NCBI RefSeq assembly: GCF_033153115.1
Contig: NW_026889772.1
Span: 1,426,001-1,490,000, forward strand
DNA length: 64,000 bases
Direction: 5' to 3'
Origin: Saccostrea echinata
Lineage: Eukaryota
Position 1 is the stretch's first letter. Each line of letters starts with the position of its first letter. The position numbers were made by a program, and so were the translations under genes. This document shows positions 62,201 to 64,000 of the stretch, in pieces. Below the pieces are notes generated by a model that searched no databases, was not told where the DNA came from, and saw only the letters and a program-made list of their open reading frames with translations.

Positions 62201-63257
62201 ATACCCTCATCACCTGCATATGGGGTTTATATCTCTCAGTTGATTCGATACGCAAAAGCATGCTCTACGTATGAACAATTTCTAAAATGAGGTAAGTTAT
62301 TGACAAACAAGTTGATGAAACAATATTATCAACAGTATTGTTTAAAGTCATCATTTTGTTGGTTCTATGGTAGATACAATGACTTTGTTTGCAATACAAT
62401 CTATTATTAAGTCAAATGCTGACTGACGTTTTTCATACTAATTGTAAGGTCATTATTTACCCATTGAATTGTCGACAGATTTTTCCGTTATTTTCCGATC
62501 ATGACAAGAAGCACACGGTGGGTGTGACCCGTCTGCAGGGGATACTCACTCCTCCATGGCACCTGATCCCGCCTCTGATGTTTTAGGGGTCCGTGTTTGC
62601 TCTGCTCCTATTTTGTTTTGTTTGAATGGACTTTTGAGTTCGAAAACTGTTCATTATCTCCAAATATTTCATTTCAACATTCTAAGTATTCTACATGTTT
62701 TCATGGGTTTTTTTATCATTTGATTTGTTTTTGTTTTTTTTTTTATTCCTTATTACATATTGTGAAATATCACATCTATAAATATTGACAAGTATGTTTT
62801 GGTTACACCTTTCTGTAAATTAGAGCCATATGGTGGTCGTTATGACAAGTGTAAAAGCTTTTTTTCAATTGGGTGAGAATAAAAGAAGGTTAAGTATTAA
62901 AAGTGTTTTTCGTTTTAAATCTCCGTTCACAGCTATATTGCAAGGATGGAAAAATTCTGCCAACGTTTTATCAGCGTGACGATAGACTAGATTTGTATGA
63001 AGCCATTCACAGCTACGTCAGCAAATACGCCACTTTATATTACGGTGGGTATCAAGTTTTCTCTTATTCATTGATTTATATTTCCATGAAATAAATTAAA
63101 ACTTCTTAGAAAGCAAATGAGATGATTTACTTGTAATTATTTAAAATGTTTCTTTATTGACACAGACACAAATGATAAAATTATCAAGGACTATGAAATT
63201 CAAAAGTTTGGACGCGAATTGTCAATCCCAAAATCCGAAGGAGGCTGTGGAATTTTG
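46833..63257 (+). CDS. LOX-B: tandem lipoxygenase paralog, exons 1-12 visible, continues beyond the window
   Basis: Same exon sizes and phases as LOX-A (exon 6 is 96 nt), open frame throughout, [12 protein letters not shown] motif present. Confidence 0.92.
47735..47779 (+). CDS. LOX-B exon 2
   Basis: [15 protein letters not shown]; GT-AG. Confidence 0.88.
48221..48375 (+). mobile_element. Tail-only Naiad insertion just upstream of the LOX-B exon 3 acceptor
   Basis: gggtgtgaccgatcggcagggg...atctccatatttcat; absent at the matching LOX-A site (~18735). Confidence 0.8.
48406..48534 (+). CDS. LOX-B exon 3
   Basis: [14 protein letters not shown]...FEEPK. Confidence 0.9.
49496..49593 (+). CDS. 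LOX-B exon 4
   Basis: [11 protein letters not shown]. Confidence 0.92.
49800..49932 (+). CDS. LOX-B exon 5
   Basis: [14 protein letters not shown]...; donor GTG|GTAAGT. Confidence 0.9.
50055..51320 (+). mobile_element. Naiad-type fragments in LOX-B intron 5
   Basis: RT remnants and two tails (~50875, ~51162); position matches LOX-A intron 5. Confidence 0.7.
51440..51735 (+). mobile_element. tRNA-derived SINE, same family as 26037-26333
   Basis: AGTGGTTAGAGCG..GGTTTGAACCC..TCGGATGAGACCG..(CAAA)n. Confidence 0.8.
51905..52222 (+). mobile_element. Naiad-type RT internal fragment
   Basis: [24 protein letters not shown]. Confidence 0.7.
52416..52574. repeat. Palindromic foldback element
   Basis: taaggaatgaatt.aatagc..caatttatacg..acagtttacg / cgtaaactgt..cgtataaattg..gctattgaattcattcctta. 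Confidence 0.75.
53007..53102 (+). CDS. LOX-B exon 6
   Basis: [23 protein letters not shown]; 96 nt. Confidence 0.92.
53209..53305 (+). CDS. LOX-B exon 7
   Basis: [23 protein letters not shown]. Confidence 0.92.
53755..53872 (+). CDS. LOX-B exon 8
   Basis: [16 protein letters not shown]...[10 protein letters not shown]. Confidence 0.92.
55585..56160 (-). mobile_element. Naiad-type 3' fragment, minus strand, in LOX-B intron 8
   Basis: [22 protein letters not shown]; reverse-complemented tail at 55660-55745. Confidence 0.8.
58340..58993 (+). mobile_element. 3' part of the ~160-bp-satellite Helentron (paralogous to 26908-28298)
   Basis: Same monomers, the CAGGTGAGCGATGTGGCCCATGGGCC end and the same downstream flank. 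Confidence 0.75.
59143..59235 (+). CDS. LOX-B exon 9
   Basis: [21 protein letters not shown]. Confidence 0.88.
59320..60095 (+). mobile_element. Naiad-type fragment in LOX-B intron 9
   Basis: [48 protein letters not shown] plus tail. Confidence 0.8.
60268..60328 (+). CDS. LOX-B exon 10
   Basis: [17 protein letters not shown]. Confidence 0.88.
60779..62106. mobile_element. Mariner-type non-autonomous element with ~190-bp TIRs
   Basis: cgaggggcatttgaaaagttttgagaa..tttatgacgtaataactccgaaaatgac / gtcattttcggagttattacgtcataaa..ttctcagaacttttcaaatgttcctcg. Confidence 0.8.
62135..62678 (+). mobile_element. Naiad-type 3' fragment in LOX-B intron 10
   Basis: [44 protein letters not shown] plus tail. 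Confidence 0.85.
62933..63044 (+). CDS. LOX-B exon 11
   Basis: [17 protein letters not shown]. Confidence 0.9.
63166..63257 (+). CDS. LOX-B exon 12
   Basis: [26 protein letters not shown]. Confidence 0.9.
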
Positions 63258-63589
63258 GTATGCTACATGAGTACTTATTTCATTTCTTTAAGATTTCTTT
63301 ACTCAAAGAATTATTGACCATTATATCAAGGGGACTGGACAAAAGTTACAAACATTACTTGAGTTCTTTCAAATCTAATTTATGGATCTTTTTCCGTGGG
63401 TTGCAAAGAATGACATTGACGCGGGTACTCTCTAATGTCGGGGGCGGATGACGTATACTTGCTAATTAAGATTGTTAGTACATGGTTATATATGGATGTA
63501 TTGGCGAAATCCATAATATCAGGATTTCCCAGTACAAACAAGATATCAAGTTGCCATCAGTTTGAATATCTCTCTATTCGTATATCAGA

Positions 63590-63963
63590 AATTACTCGAT
63601 TAAGCGCATTTTTTAGGCTTTATTTTCTATTAAGATGTCTTAATGCTTATGATTTCTGGGGGTGGCATCTTAATCAGGTTATTAATGAGGTAATTATGAA
63701 CTCATGTTTTCAAAACACGCACACCCCTTGGCAATCAAAGCCCTTAATTAGATAAACTGCGAAAACTAATCAAAACAAACGTATAGGTAAAACGTTAGAT
63801 CGAGAATAACGGTAAAAAAAAATAGTGACATGTTCAAAGATTCATTACACAAAAAATCATTTATTTTCTACTTATATCTAAATATCCGAGTAACCGAGTA
63901 GCAGTTTTACTAACCGATATTCGCATAGTTCGGCGGTTAACCGGGTACTCGTTGACAACACTA
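63590..63963. mobile_element. Partial hAT MITE related to 35992-36902
   Basis: ccgagtaaccgagta..ggttaaccgggtactcgttgacaacacta end. Confidence 0.55.
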
Positions 63964-64000
63964 ATTATTATTCATCTATCATTAATAATTCTGTTTTAAA

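Noticed and set aside
46833-63257. LOX-B as an uncollapsed allelic haplotype of LOX-A
   Set aside because: Intron divergence, many paralog-specific TE insertions and up to ~38% residue difference in exon 9 exceed plausible allelic variation.

Overview
AT-rich eukaryotic genomic DNA with three N-gaps (13161-13307, 46529-46669, 47314-47608). The repeat landscape suggests a bivalve mollusc, probably an oyster (inference). There are three intron-containing genes, all on the + strand, which I rebuilt by hand from GT-AG junctions. (1) A 3-coding-exon SLC45A3/prostein-like MFS sugar transporter (7902-12382, about 609 aa). (2) A complete 15-exon animal lipoxygenase, LOX-A (17726-35924), with a PLAT domain, a catalytic domain and all iron ligands, but with a 2-nt deficit at the start of exon 6. 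(3) Its tandem paralog LOX-B (46833 to beyond the window end), with 12 exons visible and an intact frame. Both LOXs carry Gly at the Coffa-Brash site, which predicts R-stereospecificity, and they differ most in the active-site lid exons. Introns and intergenic DNA are packed with decayed transposons: about 18 fragments of a Penelope-like RT family (Naiad-type) with a conserved structured 3' tail, a GIY-YIG Penelope remnant with a hammerhead-like motif, a Tx1/L1-type LINE split by nested insertions, satellite-bearing Helentron-type elements, tRNA-derived SINEs and many MITEs. Most short ORFs in the supplied track are spurious or transposon debris. I did not find a wholly new gene system. The best leads are the LOX pair, the splice-junction minisatellites and the RNA structures in the retroelements.
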